Shown here in pieces: positions 18,083 through 28,685 of a stretch of DNA of 64,000 bases. The stretch lies in IMG/VR virus record IMGVR_UViG_3300006484_000005, positions 1-64,000 of that record. One strand, written 5' to 3'. The stretch is from an uncultured virus (IMG/VR IMGVR_UViG_3300006484_000005) (Duplodnaviria; Heunggongvirae; Uroviricota; Caudoviricetes). How positions within the stretch are numbered: the first letter of the stretch is position 1; every line of letters begins with the position of its first letter. Below the pieces are notes generated by a model. The model ran no database searches and had not been told where the DNA came from. It saw only the letters and a program-made list of their open reading frames with translations. Position numbers and translations under genes: made by a program.

Positions 18083-19712
18083 ACATTCCCATATTTCCCA
18101 TGTCTGGTTGTTGTTGGTCTTTCTTCTCTTCAGGTTTGTTATATATAATTGATTCTGTAATCAAAATTGTACCTGCAACTGATACCGCGTTTTCTAATGC
18201 TAAACGAGTAACTTTAGTTGGATCGATAATACCTTCTTCAACTAAGTCTGTGATGATTTTAGTTTTTAAATTATAACCATAATCGGATTCAACATTAGCT
18301 AATCGGTTTACAATACTAAATGATTCTAAATTTTCGTATCCGGCATTAGATAATATTTTTAGGAATGGGGCTGTACAAGCACGATAAACAATATCACGTC
18401 CTAAATCCAAATCTACATTATCGTATTTTTTATTAGCTAATACCTCACGAGCATGTATTAAAGCTACTCCACCACCAGGTAATATACCTTCTTGTAATGC
18501 TGCTTTGGTTGCGTGTAGTGCATCATCAACACGGTCCTTTTTCTCTCTCATTTCTACTTCCGTAGGAGCGCCGATATTAATTACTGCTACACCACCTGAT
18601 AATTTACCTAAACGTTCTTGTAGTTTTTCACGTTCAAACATTGACTTAGCATTGTCGATTTGTTGTTTTAAATCATCAATACGTTGCTCAATTTCCTCAA
18701 CATTACCTTTACCATCAACAATTGTTGTTGTTTCTTTAGCCACTGTAACTAAGCGAGCCGAACCTAGCCAATCGGAATTGAATTTCTCCAACTTCATTCC
18801 CTTTTCTGGTGAGATAACTTGCCCGCCTGTTACTGTAGCAATGTCTTCTAAGATATGCAAACGGCGATCTCCGAAATCAGGTGCTTTAACTACTGCTGCT
18901 TTTAGAATACCACGCATCTTATTTACTAATAATGTTGATAGCGCTTCACCATCAATATCTTCAGCAATAACTAACAATTCATCATTTGATTGTGATAATG
19001 AATTTAATAGCGGTAGTAATTCCTTAACTTGAGTTAAACGGCCATTATACAATAGAATCTTCGGATTGTTTAATGTAGCTGTCATTGTATCGTTATTAGT
19101 AACGAAGTATAATGATTTATATCCTTTATCGATTTGAATACCTTCTACAATCTCTAATGACGTTTCACCAATACGAGATTCCTCTACTGTAACTACACCA
19201 TCTACACCTACTGCTTGCATTGCCTCAGAAATCAATGCACCGATTTCCTCATCACCATTAGCTGAAATAACTGCTACTTGCTTGATTTGCTCGTCTGAAG
19301 TAATATCTTTAGATATTTCTTTAATTTTAGCAATAACTTCCTTAGTTGCTTGCTCAATACCGCGTTTAACTTCTACTGCATTCGATCCAGCTTTAATAGC
19401 ATTGAATCCATCTGCAATCATAGTAGCAGCAAGTAATGTAGTTGTAGTAGTGCCATCACCAGCTAAATCAGCTGTTTTAATTGCTGCTTGTTTTAATAAT
19501 TGTGCACCAATGTTTTCGATTGGGTTTTCCAATTCAATTGAACGAGCAACTGTAACACCGTCTTTAGTTGATACTGGGTTCTCACCTGCATTATCGATGA
19601 TTACGTTACGACCGTTTGGTCCTAATGTGCACGTAACTGCATCTGATAATTTGATGACGCCTTTTAATAATTTGGTTTTTGCGTCTTGATTAAATACTAT
19701 TTGCTTACTCAT
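18075..19712 (-). CDS. groEL: Chaperonin GroEL
   Basis: TLGPNGRNV, TKDGVTVA, GDGTTT, KAPDFGDRR, GIIDPTKV. Confidence 0.97.
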   Translation of the reverse strand: MSKQIVFNQDAKTKLLKGVIKLSDAVTCTLGPNGRNVIIDNAGENPVSTKDGVTVARSIELENPIENIGAQLLKQAAIKTADLAGDGTTTTTLLAATMIADGFNAIKAGSNAVEVKRGIEQATKEVIAKIKEISKDITSDEQIKQVAVISANGDEEIGALISEAMQAVGVDGVVTVEESRIGETSLEIVEGIQIDKGYKSLYFVTNNDTMTATLNNPKILLYNGRLTQVKELLPLLNSLSQSNDELLVIAEDIDGEALSTLLVNKMRGILKAAVVKAPDFGDRRLHILEDIATVTGGQVISPEKGMKLEKFNSDWLGSARLVTVAKETTTIVDGKGNVEEIEQRIDDLKQQIDNAKSMFEREKLQERLGKLSGGVAVINIGAPTEVEMREKKDRVDDALHATKAALQEGILPGGGVALIHAREVLANKKYDNVDLDLGRDIVYRACTAPFLKILSNAGYENLESFSIVNRLANVESDYGYNLKTKIITDLVEEGIIDPTKVTRLALENAVSVAGTILITESIIYNKPEEKKDQQQPDMGNMGMYE

Positions 19713-20004
19713 TGTCTTCTGTTTCGATTAATGCTAAAACGTTATTTTCTCCTGTAACGAGGTATTCTACCCCATCATATTCTACTCTTACTGGTCCGAT
19801 TTTAGGTAGGATAACTTTATCACCTACTTTAAATGTAGATGGAATTAATTTACCTTCTCCATTTCGGCGTCCAGGTCCTACTCCGATAATAGTTCCAACG
19901 TGGGGCATTTCCTTGCCCATATCTGGTACTACAATTGAACCGTAGAATTTCTCTCCGGATTCTTCATTTTTAACGACGATATTGTCGAATACTGCTTTTA
20001 TCAT
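19705..20004 (-). CDS. groES: Co-chaperonin GroES
   Basis: GSIVVPD mobile loop, VGPGR, KVGDKV; adjacent to groEL. Confidence 0.93.
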   Translation of the reverse strand: MIKAVFDNIVVKNEESGEKFYGSIVVPDMGKEMPHVGTIIGVGPGRRNGEGKLIPSTFKVGDKVILPKIGPVRVEYDGVEYLVTGENNVLALIETEDNE

Positions 20005-20297
20005 GCTGTTACTAAGTTTTTAATTTCTTCTTTTACTGATGTATAATTACTTAAAAATTCTCGGAGTGAATAAGTCTCGCGCTTATTTGCTACTTGGTAA
20101 CGAATAATTTTATCCATTGCATTTGACAATGAAGTAAAACTACCACAGAAATTGTTTCCAGTTTTTGTTGAATCGATTACAGTGTAGCTGTACTCATCTA
20201 CTTGGATTTCGTAAGGCGCTAATAATGCGTCAGAAATAATGGATTGTGATTTGGTTTGGCCTTTCACACGGCCAAATGCTTTTTTCTCTTCGCTCAT
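20001..20297 (-). CDS. Hypothetical protein
   Basis: ORF track; first gene of the groES/EL unit. Confidence 0.7.
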   Translation of the reverse strand: MSEEKKAFGRVKGQTKSQSIISDALLAPYEIQVDEYSYTVIDSTKTGNNFCGSFTSLSNAMDKIIRYQVANKRETYSLREFLSNYTSVKEEIKNLVTA

Positions 20298-20321
20298 ATA
20301 ACTTTTATTTTTAGTACAGTG

Positions 20322-20369
20322 TAAATATAATTAAGAAAATTATACTTCCCTATTTCGTATATAAATATA
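20322..20369 (-). promoter_or_regulatory. Tandem class A (20322-20338) and class B (20360-20369) promoter motifs
   Basis: TTTCTTAATTATATTTA and TATATTTATA both lie upstream of the chaperonin operon. Confidence 0.6.
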
Positions 20370-20370
20370 T

Positions 20371-21087
20371 CTAATTTAAAGAAGCCATAATAAAGTACTG
20401 AGAGATGGCATCTCCTTCAATAAACATTAGATGCATTAATCCATCTTCGTTTACTTTCATTTCAGCTTTATCGAAGTTTTTATTTGCTGTTAATATTTCA
20501 CGTAACACATCTGATGGAAATAATAATGGAGCAAACGGCATTCCTTCGGTTTTGGATGGAATATTGAATTCCAATTTATTAGCATATCCTGATGGATCAC
20601 CTAATATGATACGTGCTGTATCGTTATGTGGTTCTAATGTAAATGTTTTAATATCTGGTCCTAATGCTTTCTTACAATCAATAAATCGAGTAACGAAATC
20701 GGGCTCCATATCGTAATGCAACTGATAAGTTACATCAATTGCATTTGGTGTTTTAGGGATTAATGATATATCTGATGCTGAAAACATCATTTTGTATTGG
20801 TTATCTTCAATTAGTAGTTTTTCTACAATACCGAATTTCTCCTGGTACTGAATATCTACATTCGTATCTAGGATATGTAGTAATTTTAATAATGGGGATG
20901 TTTCGAATATACCGAATTCAGCATTTGGTAATTCAATTGGTAATACAACTTCACCTACTACATCACGATTAGTAGTAGAGAATGGAATTGTTAACACATT
21001 ATTTTTAATGTTGAACTTAACTGCTTCAGTCAGTCCATTCAGATAATATTTTTCAATACTATCTACTAATTTACGTTTATCGATCAT
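20371..21087 (-). CDS. DNA polymerase sliding clamp (gp45-like)
   Basis: 238 aa, EFGIFETSPLLKLL, GLMHLMF...SQYFI C-terminus; lies between PolB and the clamp loader. Confidence 0.7.
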   Translation of the reverse strand: MIDKRKLVDSIEKYYLNGLTEAVKFNIKNNVLTIPFSTTNRDVVGEVVLPIELPNAEFGIFETSPLLKLLHILDTNVDIQYQEKFGIVEKLLIEDNQYKMMFSASDISLIPKTPNAIDVTYQLHYDMEPDFVTRFIDCKKALGPDIKTFTLEPHNDTARIILGDPSGYANKLEFNIPSKTEGMPFAPLLFPSDVLREILTANKNFDKAEMKVNEDGLMHLMFIEGDAISQYFIMASLN

Positions 21088-21109
21088 AACCTTAATTTAA
21101 TGAAGAAAT

Positions 21110-21748
21110 CTAGTTTAGCTTTAAAAGCATACCAATTCCCATATAAGCATTTGGACGCATAGAACCTTCATGTACGTTACCACCAACTTGTAATTGAAGT
21201 AAATTGTCATTTAATGATTTACGAACAATTGATAATCCAAATGATTGGAATGGTTGTGTAAAGTTTGTAGTCATATGTGGGCCCATATACCACTGTACTA
21301 TCTTTGGACGGTATACTTCTACAATTCGTTCCTTAACTTTTGGTTTTACATCAGCAATCCATCTTCTACTTACTAAGCGATTATGTGAGATTGTATCTGT
21401 AATTATAACATTACCAATTCCATCTTCTAATGTAAGTGTTTCTTTATGTACATTTTTTGGATAGTATTGTTGTAGGATAGCAACAGTATCTAATGCTGTA
21501 GGAGCAGTTGGTACTGGTACCATTGTGTATTTTAATACTTCAACTGTTTTAGTAACTGTTCTAACTCGTGGTTTTGGTGCCTTAGCAACAGGTACAATTA
21601 TTGGTTTTGGTGCTGGAACAGGAATTGGTATTACTTTAGATACGGTAGCAATTCCGTTCTTATATGTTTTAACAATAATAAATTTTTGTTTTTGGCCAAA
21701 CGCTGACACTCCCATCAGCATTAGTAGTAGTATGTATAACTTTTTCAT
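21110..21748 (-). CDS. Secreted or outer-membrane protein
   Basis: Signal peptide, Pro-rich linker, C-terminal amphipathic beta strands; class B motif at 21753-21762. Confidence 0.65.
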   Translation of the reverse strand: MKKLYILLLMLMGVSAFGQKQKFIIVKTYKNGIATVSKVIPIPVPAPKPIIVPVAKAPKPRVRTVTKTVEVLKYTMVPVPTAPTALDTVAILQQYYPKNVHKETLTLEDGIGNVIITDTISHNRLVSRRWIADVKPKVKERIVEVYRPKIVQWYMGPHMTTNFTQPFQSFGLSIVRKSLNDNLLQLQVGGNVHEGSMRPNAYMGIGMLLKLN

Positions 21749-21768
21749 CGTATATAAATATATATTTT

Positions 21769-24408
21769 TTAATCAAAAGTGAAGAACTTGTTAAAATTAG
21801 CATTAAATATAGGCATTCCCCATCCAATATCGGAATATAGGCCTTCAATTTTGTTTTTCATTACTGAATCAAATAATAGTCCTCTATTAATGTATTTTTC
21901 AATAAATTCAATAATTTGTGGAGGATCATTATAGCCGTTAAATCCGATACAATCAATCTTAAATGGATTATCTTTTAAATAAGCAATTAGCATTTTATCG
22001 CCAATCTGGAATTTAGAGTATTGTTTATCTAATCCTTTAAATTGTAGTAAGTCATTATAGCGAATAGCAGCTTTAGTATTGATTGGACATTTTAATCGTA
22101 ATTTACTAAATATCTCACCATTTCTAGGACGTGAATCAATATATGATCCTAATTGTTTTAGGCCAGTCGGTTTCAATAGCTGACGCCAATCAATTGTGTT
22201 TACCTTAGTTTTAAAATCAAGTATTTGCTTATCGATGTCTTGTTTTTGTTTACCGAACATGATTTGATTTAGAATCGACTCACCAAATTCACGGAATAAT
22301 GGTGGAAAATTCGATTTCATCAGATCTAATCCCTTCATGTCTAGCTCTTCAACTGTAACACCTTCCTTATTTACAATATACATTGCGTAACGACGTTTAC
22401 CTGAGAAGTAGCCCCGTTCGATTACTACTTCTTGTTTTAATTCAAAGTAGTGAGGTCGATCATGTAAATTAAATAAGTCAACTACTAGTGTATCTAAATG
22501 TTTATTTGCTAATAATTGAATCTCGGTAGCAATCTCTAATGTAGCTGCAATACAAGCCGCTTTATCAGTTAAATCAACACCTTCAGCTCGTAGTAAATCC
22601 TTAACATGAATGAATAATGAGTCGGTATCTGAAGTAATAATATAATCTTTATTATTTGTACCTAATCGCTCATTCATTATTTTATTACAGAATATAATCG
22701 ATTCTTGAGTTAATCGTTGTCCTGTTAATGTAATAGCTTTAGATATCATTTTATGACCATCAGTGTAGCGCCATGAGTTTAAAGCAAATACACCATACAC
22801 GTCATTTAATTTAATTTTATATGCATGTTGGCGTCGGTTATAAAACTCACCCATAACAGTATCACCTGCTTTATATGCTTTTTTCATTAAATTCTTATAC
22901 TCGACACGTTTATTAAACCAGTCAGTTAGAATTTCACATACAACTGATTGTTTATTTTTATCGAATATAACACCAGCAGCTGATATAATTAGGTTATTAT
23001 TTTTAACGAAATTATACATTATACCTGCTGTGGTATCTGTTAGCTTTAATGTTTTATCTGGTAGTAGTTTTTCGACTGTAATCTTAGTGTTTGGGTCCAT
23101 GTGCTTCAGCTCATCTAAGGACCACTGACTATCAGTTTTATGTTTGTTTACAATTCTACCTACTAGCGTTTCAATACCAATATTTAAAGAACGAATAATA
23201 GATGGGTATAGCGATGTAAAGTCTAAGTCAATTACCCACTCGTATAGGCCCGGTTCTGGATCCTTTAAATATCCACCGGCATATTCAGATAATTCAATAA
23301 TTTCATCTAATTGTTCTTTAGTGATTTTACCTGTTTTGTAATCAAATTCAGCTTTCTTACGTGATAATCCACCTAATTTAGGATTTGATGTAGTCGGTTT
23401 ATTAGGCGATACAATATTCTTACGTTTTAGGTAAGTTAAAATAGCACCATCATTTAGAGCCGTTGAATAATAGATGTTATCGTAGGTAGTATGACATAGG
23501 TGACCAACAGTAACTGTTAGATCGATAAATTTCATTTTTTCCTCTAACTTAACTAGAATCTCAACGTCGCGAATGTTATATTCGATAAATTTCTGTACGT
23601 CTTCCTTAAATAATTTATCTAATGAACCATAATACTCAATTTTACCTAACTTAACGTATTTAGTTCCAATATTACCTAATGCGTATGATGGTTCTTGTTT
23701 AGTTACATATTTTTTAAATAGTAACATATAATCTAGGTGATTTAAACCACCAATTTTAACTACTTGCTCGCCATCATTTTCACCTACAGCTACTTTTCTA
23801 ATCGGAGATAAGCGGTCAGCTTGCGTTTTACCTAATACTTTGGCAATTCTGTTGTATGTGTAAGGCACATCGAAGAATTCACTATTCCACCCCGAGATTA
23901 TCGTAGGATCTAATTCATTCCATTTATCTAGGAACGTTTGCAGCAGGATTTTTTCCGAAATACAAGAGATAACAAATGTATTATCTTTTTCAGAATTTGT
24001 AAGTAATTGATCTTCATCTAGAATATAGCAATAATATTGCTTTAACGAATTATCATATAAAGCAATTGATGTAATTTTAGTTGGAGCATTAGCTACTGTT
24101 TGTGGTGTTAATGCACCTGCAATTTCGCACTCAATATCAAAGAATACCGTATTGTGAAATTCTGGTGTATCATCTGATTCTGAGTATAAATCAACTAGTA
24201 CTCGAGTGTGTTTATCAACGTCTGTTTCGTAGCAATCACCTGAGTATGTTTTAGTAGGTGATACTTTATCCCCAAACAATGTTAAATAATGTCCTTTGGT
24301 ATCTGGTTTGAAAAATGTGGGTTGGTACTCGAATGAGTTCCAACCCAATTTATCATCACGTAAGTGATATTTCTTTTCTCTAGAATCGTAATAGATTGAT
24401 TGATACAT
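21769..24408 (-). CDS. DNA polymerase family B
   Basis: Exonuclease FDIE, GWNSEFFD, YNIRDV; polymerase DFTSLYPSII, KIKLNDVYG, SDTDS, KRRYA. Confidence 0.96.
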   Translation of the reverse strand: MYQSIYYDSREKKYHLRDDKLGWNSFEYQPTFFKPDTKGHYLTLFGDKVSPTKTYSGDCYETDVDKHTRVLVDLYSESDDTPEFHNTVFFDIECEIAGALTPQTVANAPTKITSIALYDNSLKQYYCYILDEDQLLTNSEKDNTFVISCISEKILLQTFLDKWNELDPTIISGWNSEFFDVPYTYNRIAKVLGKTQADRLSPIRKVAVGENDGEQVVKIGGLNHLDYMLLFKKYVTKQEPSYALGNIGTKYVKLGKIEYYGSLDKLFKEDVQKFIEYNIRDVEILVKLEEKMKFIDLTVTVGHLCHTTYDNIYYSTALNDGAILTYLKRKNIVSPNKPTTSNPKLGGLSRKKAEFDYKTGKITKEQLDEIIELSEYAGGYLKDPEPGLYEWVIDLDFTSLYPSIIRSLNIGIETLVGRIVNKHKTDSQWSLDELKHMDPNTKITVEKLLPDKTLKLTDTTAGIMYNFVKNNNLIISAAGVIFDKNKQSVVCEILTDWFNKRVEYKNLMKKAYKAGDTVMGEFYNRRQHAYKIKLNDVYGVFALNSWRYTDGHKMISKAITLTGQRLTQESIIFCNKIMNERLGTNNKDYIITSDTDSLFIHVKDLLRAEGVDLTDKAACIAATLEIATEIQLLANKHLDTLVVDLFNLHDRPHYFELKQEVVIERGYFSGKRRYAMYIVNKEGVTVEELDMKGLDLMKSNFPPLFREFGESILNQIMFGKQKQDIDKQILDFKTKVNTIDWRQLLKPTGLKQLGSYIDSRPRNGEIFSKLRLKCPINTKAAIRYNDLLQFKGLDKQYSKFQIGDKMLIAYLKDNPFKIDCIGFNGYNDPPQIIEFIEKYINRGLLFDSVMKNKIEGLYSDIGWGMPIFNANFNKFFTFD

Positions 24409-24423
24409 ATAACCTTTTTGTTA

Positions 24424-24440
24424 TAAACATAATTAAGAAA
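24424..24440 (-). promoter_or_regulatory. Class A promoter motif
   Basis: TTTCTTAATTATGTTTA upstream of PolB. Confidence 0.6.
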
Positions 24441-26111
24441 TTAATTTTCTCTACGGTCTTCTCTAGGATAAAATTCAAATCTATCATGTTCAGTTGGTGT
24501 TGCTAATAATATTCCTGGATTGAGTATTTTATCAAGTGTTTGTTGATACATAAATGACATCCAAGTTTGTTCATATGGATAACCCCATTTAGTATCTAAG
24601 AACATTTTTTTATTACCTTCACGGGATACTACTTGAGGCCAGTTACAATAATATACTTCACCAGTTGCATAAGGTAACCCATTTAATGATTTTATATTTT
24701 TAAAATTCATATTAGGGGCAGCATTCACATCACTAGTTATTTTAACTGGTCTTTCAGGAAATAATTTAGCTCTAACATCAGCAGGAACATTATGCCAAGC
24801 CCATTGTTTAGAATTATCACCATAAAACTCACTAAAATTCCATTTTAAGAAATCAAAATTTTCAGTCCAAGCAATACGCATCATTGTATTATAGAAGTCA
24901 TTAATTTTTCTCCTAAATCCGTTTCTGCAGAATTCATCATTACCTAAATAAAAGAACATATCATCTTCAAAGAAAAAATGATAATCGAATCCATTTTCAT
25001 CAGCGTGTTCAGCTATGAATTGACGTCCACCACATATTCCAATATTATCTTTTTTAATTGCTTCAAATCCATACTTTTTACATAACTTATTATATTGTTT
25101 TGTAGTTGTTAGATCTGTAGAATTATTTAATAGGTATTTTTTAGGTTTATCTAAGAAGTTCTTATCATATAATTCAAACGACATACATAATTTTTCAAAT
25201 TGAGATGGGGAATTATAAGTTAAAACATATAATGCGGTATTATTTACATCATGGTCATTTTGTAATATTTCATTATTACTTTGATTTAAATTTTTTAATG
25301 TATCATTCTTTAAATTTTCAAAAAATGTACTTAATAAACCATTTCCTTCAATTTCAAAATATTGGAATAATTCTGGATGTTTATAAAGTAAAATAGTAAA
25401 TAATGATTCTTCTGTACCCATATACCCACTAGATAGGGAATCTATCAATAATGAATAGTACATGTTATTTACTTCGGCAATTAAATCTTTAGGTCCTCCA
25501 AAAATACCTCCACGACACACTTTATCTACTTCTCCTTGAGCATATTCACACATTGGTTCGTAGGTAAAACCATGTATTTCAACTTTACCATCATATGGGA
25601 AAGCAACAAATGAAAATTTATTAAAATATTTATCTAATTTAGATAGAACTTTATCATGCCAGAAATAACCTTCATGTACTGTATTTGTTAAACCACCATC
25701 AACCCACACTAAATGTGTTGAATTAAATTTATCAAATATTCTAGCATCATTCATTAGAAACATCTTAGACATTACTAATGGATTGTATAAATCTAATTTA
25801 GCTTGTGTACTTTCTGGTAGCCATCCTGATTGGTTATACCAATTTTCATTGGTTCTAATTTTTTGTATTAAATCATAATATTCATTATTTTTAAACCAAT
25901 CTAACTCACGAATAATCACTTGAGTATTTTCAGATGAACGTCGTTCCCATACCCATTGTTCATATTCTGGTTCTATAAATACAATAAAATTGTCTGGTGA
26001 TTTTAGTAATTTGTCTAAATTATTTAAATAATGATCAAATGAACGAGACCATCCCTCAGATAATTGATCTCTTTTAATATCCCAAATTCCCGTAACTATA
26101 GTTGTACTCAT
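24441..26111 (-). CDS. HtrL/YibB-like domain fused to a GT-A domain
   Basis: TIVTGIWDIKR...WVDGG...GGIFGG...GTEESL; C-terminal NIGICGGRQ, FFFEDDMF. Confidence 0.7.
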   Translation of the reverse strand: MSTTIVTGIWDIKRDQLSEGWSRSFDHYLNNLDKLLKSPDNFIVFIEPEYEQWVWERRSSENTQVIIRELDWFKNNEYYDLIQKIRTNENWYNQSGWLPESTQAKLDLYNPLVMSKMFLMNDARIFDKFNSTHLVWVDGGLTNTVHEGYFWHDKVLSKLDKYFNKFSFVAFPYDGKVEIHGFTYEPMCEYAQGEVDKVCRGGIFGGPKDLIAEVNNMYYSLLIDSLSSGYMGTEESLFTILLYKHPELFQYFEIEGNGLLSTFFENLKNDTLKNLNQSNNEILQNDHDVNNTALYVLTYNSPSQFEKLCMSFELYDKNFLDKPKKYLLNNSTDLTTTKQYNKLCKKYGFEAIKKDNIGICGGRQFIAEHADENGFDYHFFFEDDMFFYLGNDEFCRNGFRRKINDFYNTMMRIAWTENFDFLKWNFSEFYGDNSKQWAWHNVPADVRAKLFPERPVKITSDVNAAPNMNFKNIKSLNGLPYATGEVYYCNWPQVVSREGNKKMFLDTKWGYPYEQTWMSFMYQQTLDKILNPGILLATPTEHDRFEFYPREDRREN

Positions 26112-26983
26112 TGTAGTTGTTCTAAAACTTTATAAAATGACCGATTTCTAATAAAATATAAATTATCTTCATTTAAGTAAGCCTGAATGTTATTTTCATG
26201 CCACCATGTATCAAAATAATCAGTAGTAAATAATTCAGGGTAATTATAATAAAGAACTGTTAAGATATTCTCTTCATGCCATTGAATTTTATTATATTCT
26301 TCTATAATACTATTAACCCCATTATCAAATTTAATAAATAAATCATTAATTAACTTACTATCACCTCCGATAACACCTCCAATAACATGCCACTTTCCAT
26401 CATATTCATTAATAAAACATTCTTTAGGTTCATGAGCCCAAAAATTCAAATGATTTTCTTTTAATATCAAAAAGCATTTATTTTCGGTTTGATTATTTAA
26501 ATTAGATAAGAATGTATTATTAAATAATGGAGATGAATAATAACTTTCACCTGAAAAATAATCACCTTTACACTCCATGTATTTGTCGGGGATTAAACCA
26601 GTATATGATAAACCCGCGTCAAACCAATAAACTCTATCATAATCTGATGTAGTTTCTTCTTTCATCCAATATAATTTCATATATTGGACTTCTAAACATC
26701 TATCTGATGTTTTAGCGTCTTCAAAATTTTTATACTGTTCAAATTTATCTTTCCAATAATGATTATCTAAATCATAAGTTTTAATAGTAAGATTTTCATA
26801 CTCACCTAAATAGTTAGTTAAATTCTCTACTTCTTCTTCAGCTGTATATAATACAAAATCAGCATTTGTCATTTTTAACATTGACTTTACTGAGTTTATG
26901 TAATGATATCCTCTATTTATTCGTCCACCGAATTTAGTACCGTAAAGGTTACTATATATGCATGTTACTATCTTTGTTTTCAT
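26108..26983 (-). CDS. HtrL/YibB-like glycosyltransferase
   Basis: KIVTCIY, YWFDAG, IGGVIGG, HEENIL; paralog of the neighbour's N-terminal domain. Confidence 0.65.
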   Translation of the reverse strand: MKTKIVTCIYSNLYGTKFGGRINRGYHYINSVKSMLKMTNADFVLYTAEEEVENLTNYLGEYENLTIKTYDLDNHYWKDKFEQYKNFEDAKTSDRCLEVQYMKLYWMKEETTSDYDRVYWFDAGLSYTGLIPDKYMECKGDYFSGESYYSSPLFNNTFLSNLNNQTENKCFLILKENHLNFWAHEPKECFINEYDGKWHVIGGVIGGDSKLINDLFIKFDNGVNSIIEEYNKIQWHEENILTVLYYNYPELFTTDYFDTWWHENNIQAYLNEDNLYFIRNRSFYKVLEQLQ

Positions 26984-27924
26984 TAAGATATTAAGTCTTT
27001 AATTTTTAAAAATAAATTATACTCTTTAGAATTAAAATATTCATTTTTAATTTGATGAATTATTGGAAGATATTTATTATATAATTCAGTTTCATTTGAA
27101 ATAATATGTTTTAGTCTATACTCAATTTCATTTTTATCTTTTACTATATCAGTAAAATTAAATTCATCTAATTCACTTAAATATTCATTAAAATTTGAAC
27201 ACCCAAAATAAATAGGTATGGTATCGGTTAAAATACAATCCCAGAATTTTTCACTAATGTAGTTTTTTTGTATTGTATTCTCTCCTGAAATTGAAAATTT
27301 GTAATTATTAAGTCCTAACATTTTATTCCATATAGCACCTTTTACTTGTTTTCCGTTTTCTTCCCAATATTGACCATAAACATCAATATTAAAATTATTC
27401 TGAATTAAATATTCTACTATTTTAACTCGATCCTCATATATAGTTTGATATAAATCTGTATTGAAATTATAATGAGTTTCGTATGAGTTTCTAACTATGG
27501 TACTAATAGATTTATTCTTATTAAATTTTTTATTAATTAAATTACTATAAGTCCAATCATATTCAGATTCAGCAAAATTAATCTCTCCATGTCCCCCATA
27601 TAACATATAAACTAAATGTTCTTTATATGCTGGGGTATCTTCATATCCTTTTTTATCATGAACTATAATATGATTACTTATTTCATGTAAATGAGTTGAA
27701 TTATTACCTGACCATAATGGCTCCATTGTAAAGCAAAATGTAGTATCTTTACTTTTTACAATAGTATCATGACTGGGTCTCCCAAATATAAATAAAGCTT
27801 CATACGAATTATCATGAACAAATTTAATCCCATCTAATTGATTTGGATCTGTAACAAATTGTTTAATTACCCTATCAGTAATATTGTGAGAATTAGTCCA
27901 CCAACAATCTATTTTTACTTTCAT
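26983..27924 (-). CDS. Glycosyltransferase family 10 (fucosyltransferase-like)
   Basis: YKFSISGENTIQKNYISEKFWD...IPIYFG motif. Confidence 0.85.
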   Translation of the reverse strand: MKVKIDCWWTNSHNITDRVIKQFVTDPNQLDGIKFVHDNSYEALFIFGRPSHDTIVKSKDTTFCFTMEPLWSGNNSTHLHEISNHIIVHDKKGYEDTPAYKEHLVYMLYGGHGEINFAESEYDWTYSNLINKKFNKNKSISTIVRNSYETHYNFNTDLYQTIYEDRVKIVEYLIQNNFNIDVYGQYWEENGKQVKGAIWNKMLGLNNYKFSISGENTIQKNYISEKFWDCILTDTIPIYFGCSNFNEYLSELDEFNFTDIVKDKNEIEYRLKHIISNETELYNKYLPIIHQIKNEYFNSKEYNLFLKIKDLIS

Positions 27925-28685
27925 AGTTTGTTTTTATTATTTCTAAAAAATGACTCATATGGATATTGAGTAGCATCTGATTGTACTTTAATATATTTTG
28001 CCCCAAACATTCCTTCAATCCCTGTATCATCTCCCGATAGAATATATTTTGGATTATTATCTAAACTAAACATAAATTCTCGATTAAATGCTGAATATTT
28101 AGAAACACCTGGGCGGATGTTTTCATCTCTAATCCAATTTCCAGATGGTTGAATACCACCAATACTCCATTCAGTAACATTTCTATTATATTTACTTACA
28201 TATCTCCAAATAATGTCACCATCTTCCTCTCCAAATCCTAATAATCGCTCATCAAAATAACCTAATTCATCTAATATGTCTTTATGAACGGCATAATATT
28301 GGAATGAACTGTTAATTCTACAAATATCTGGGTGTTGATGAGTTAAATTTTGTTCTATCGTTGAAAAGAAATCATCAGATGTTAATTCTAAATCATCTTG
28401 GAGGATTACAGTCCAATCAGTAGTTGAGTGAATACATAATGTATTTACTAGTTTAGCTAATCCTCTTTGTTCTGGAAAAAATATTGGGTAAACGTTTTGA
28501 TATTCTAAACATAATTTTAAAATAGATTTCCTGTATTCGTCATCAAATAATTGTTGATAATTTCCATTTATAGCAACTATAATATCAGCGTCTGTTTGAC
28601 TTCTAATTTGGGATAAAAACTTAGTAAAGTAATCTAAACGATTAATAAAAGTAGTAATTCCTATGGTGTATTTTTTATCTGTCAT
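27921..28685 (-). CDS. Glycosyltransferase family 2
   Basis: IGITTF, ILQDD, GYFDERLLGFGEEDGD. Confidence 0.8.
   Translation of the reverse strand: MTDKKYTIGITTFINRLDYFTKFLSQIRSQTDADIIVAINGNYQQLFDDEYRKSILKLCLEYQNVYPIFFPEQRGLAKLVNTLCIHSTTDWTVILQDDLELTSDDFFSTIEQNLTHQHPDICRINSSFQYYAVHKDILDELGYFDERLLGFGEEDGDIIWRYVSKYNRNVTEWSIGGIQPSGNWIRDENIRPGVSKYSAFNREFMFSLDNNPKYILSGDDTGIEGMFGAKYIKVQSDATQYPYESFFRNNKNKL

Noticed and set aside
18505..19945. Plus-strand ORFs opposite groEL/groES, and similar antisense ORFs throughout the track
   Set aside because: Antisense shadows of well-supported minus-strand genes, with no motifs of their own.
21769..24408. Intein or intron in PolB (also checked nrdA, thyA, helicase)
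   Set aside because: Lengths are ordinary, with only short insertions and no intein splice-junction motifs or frame breaks.
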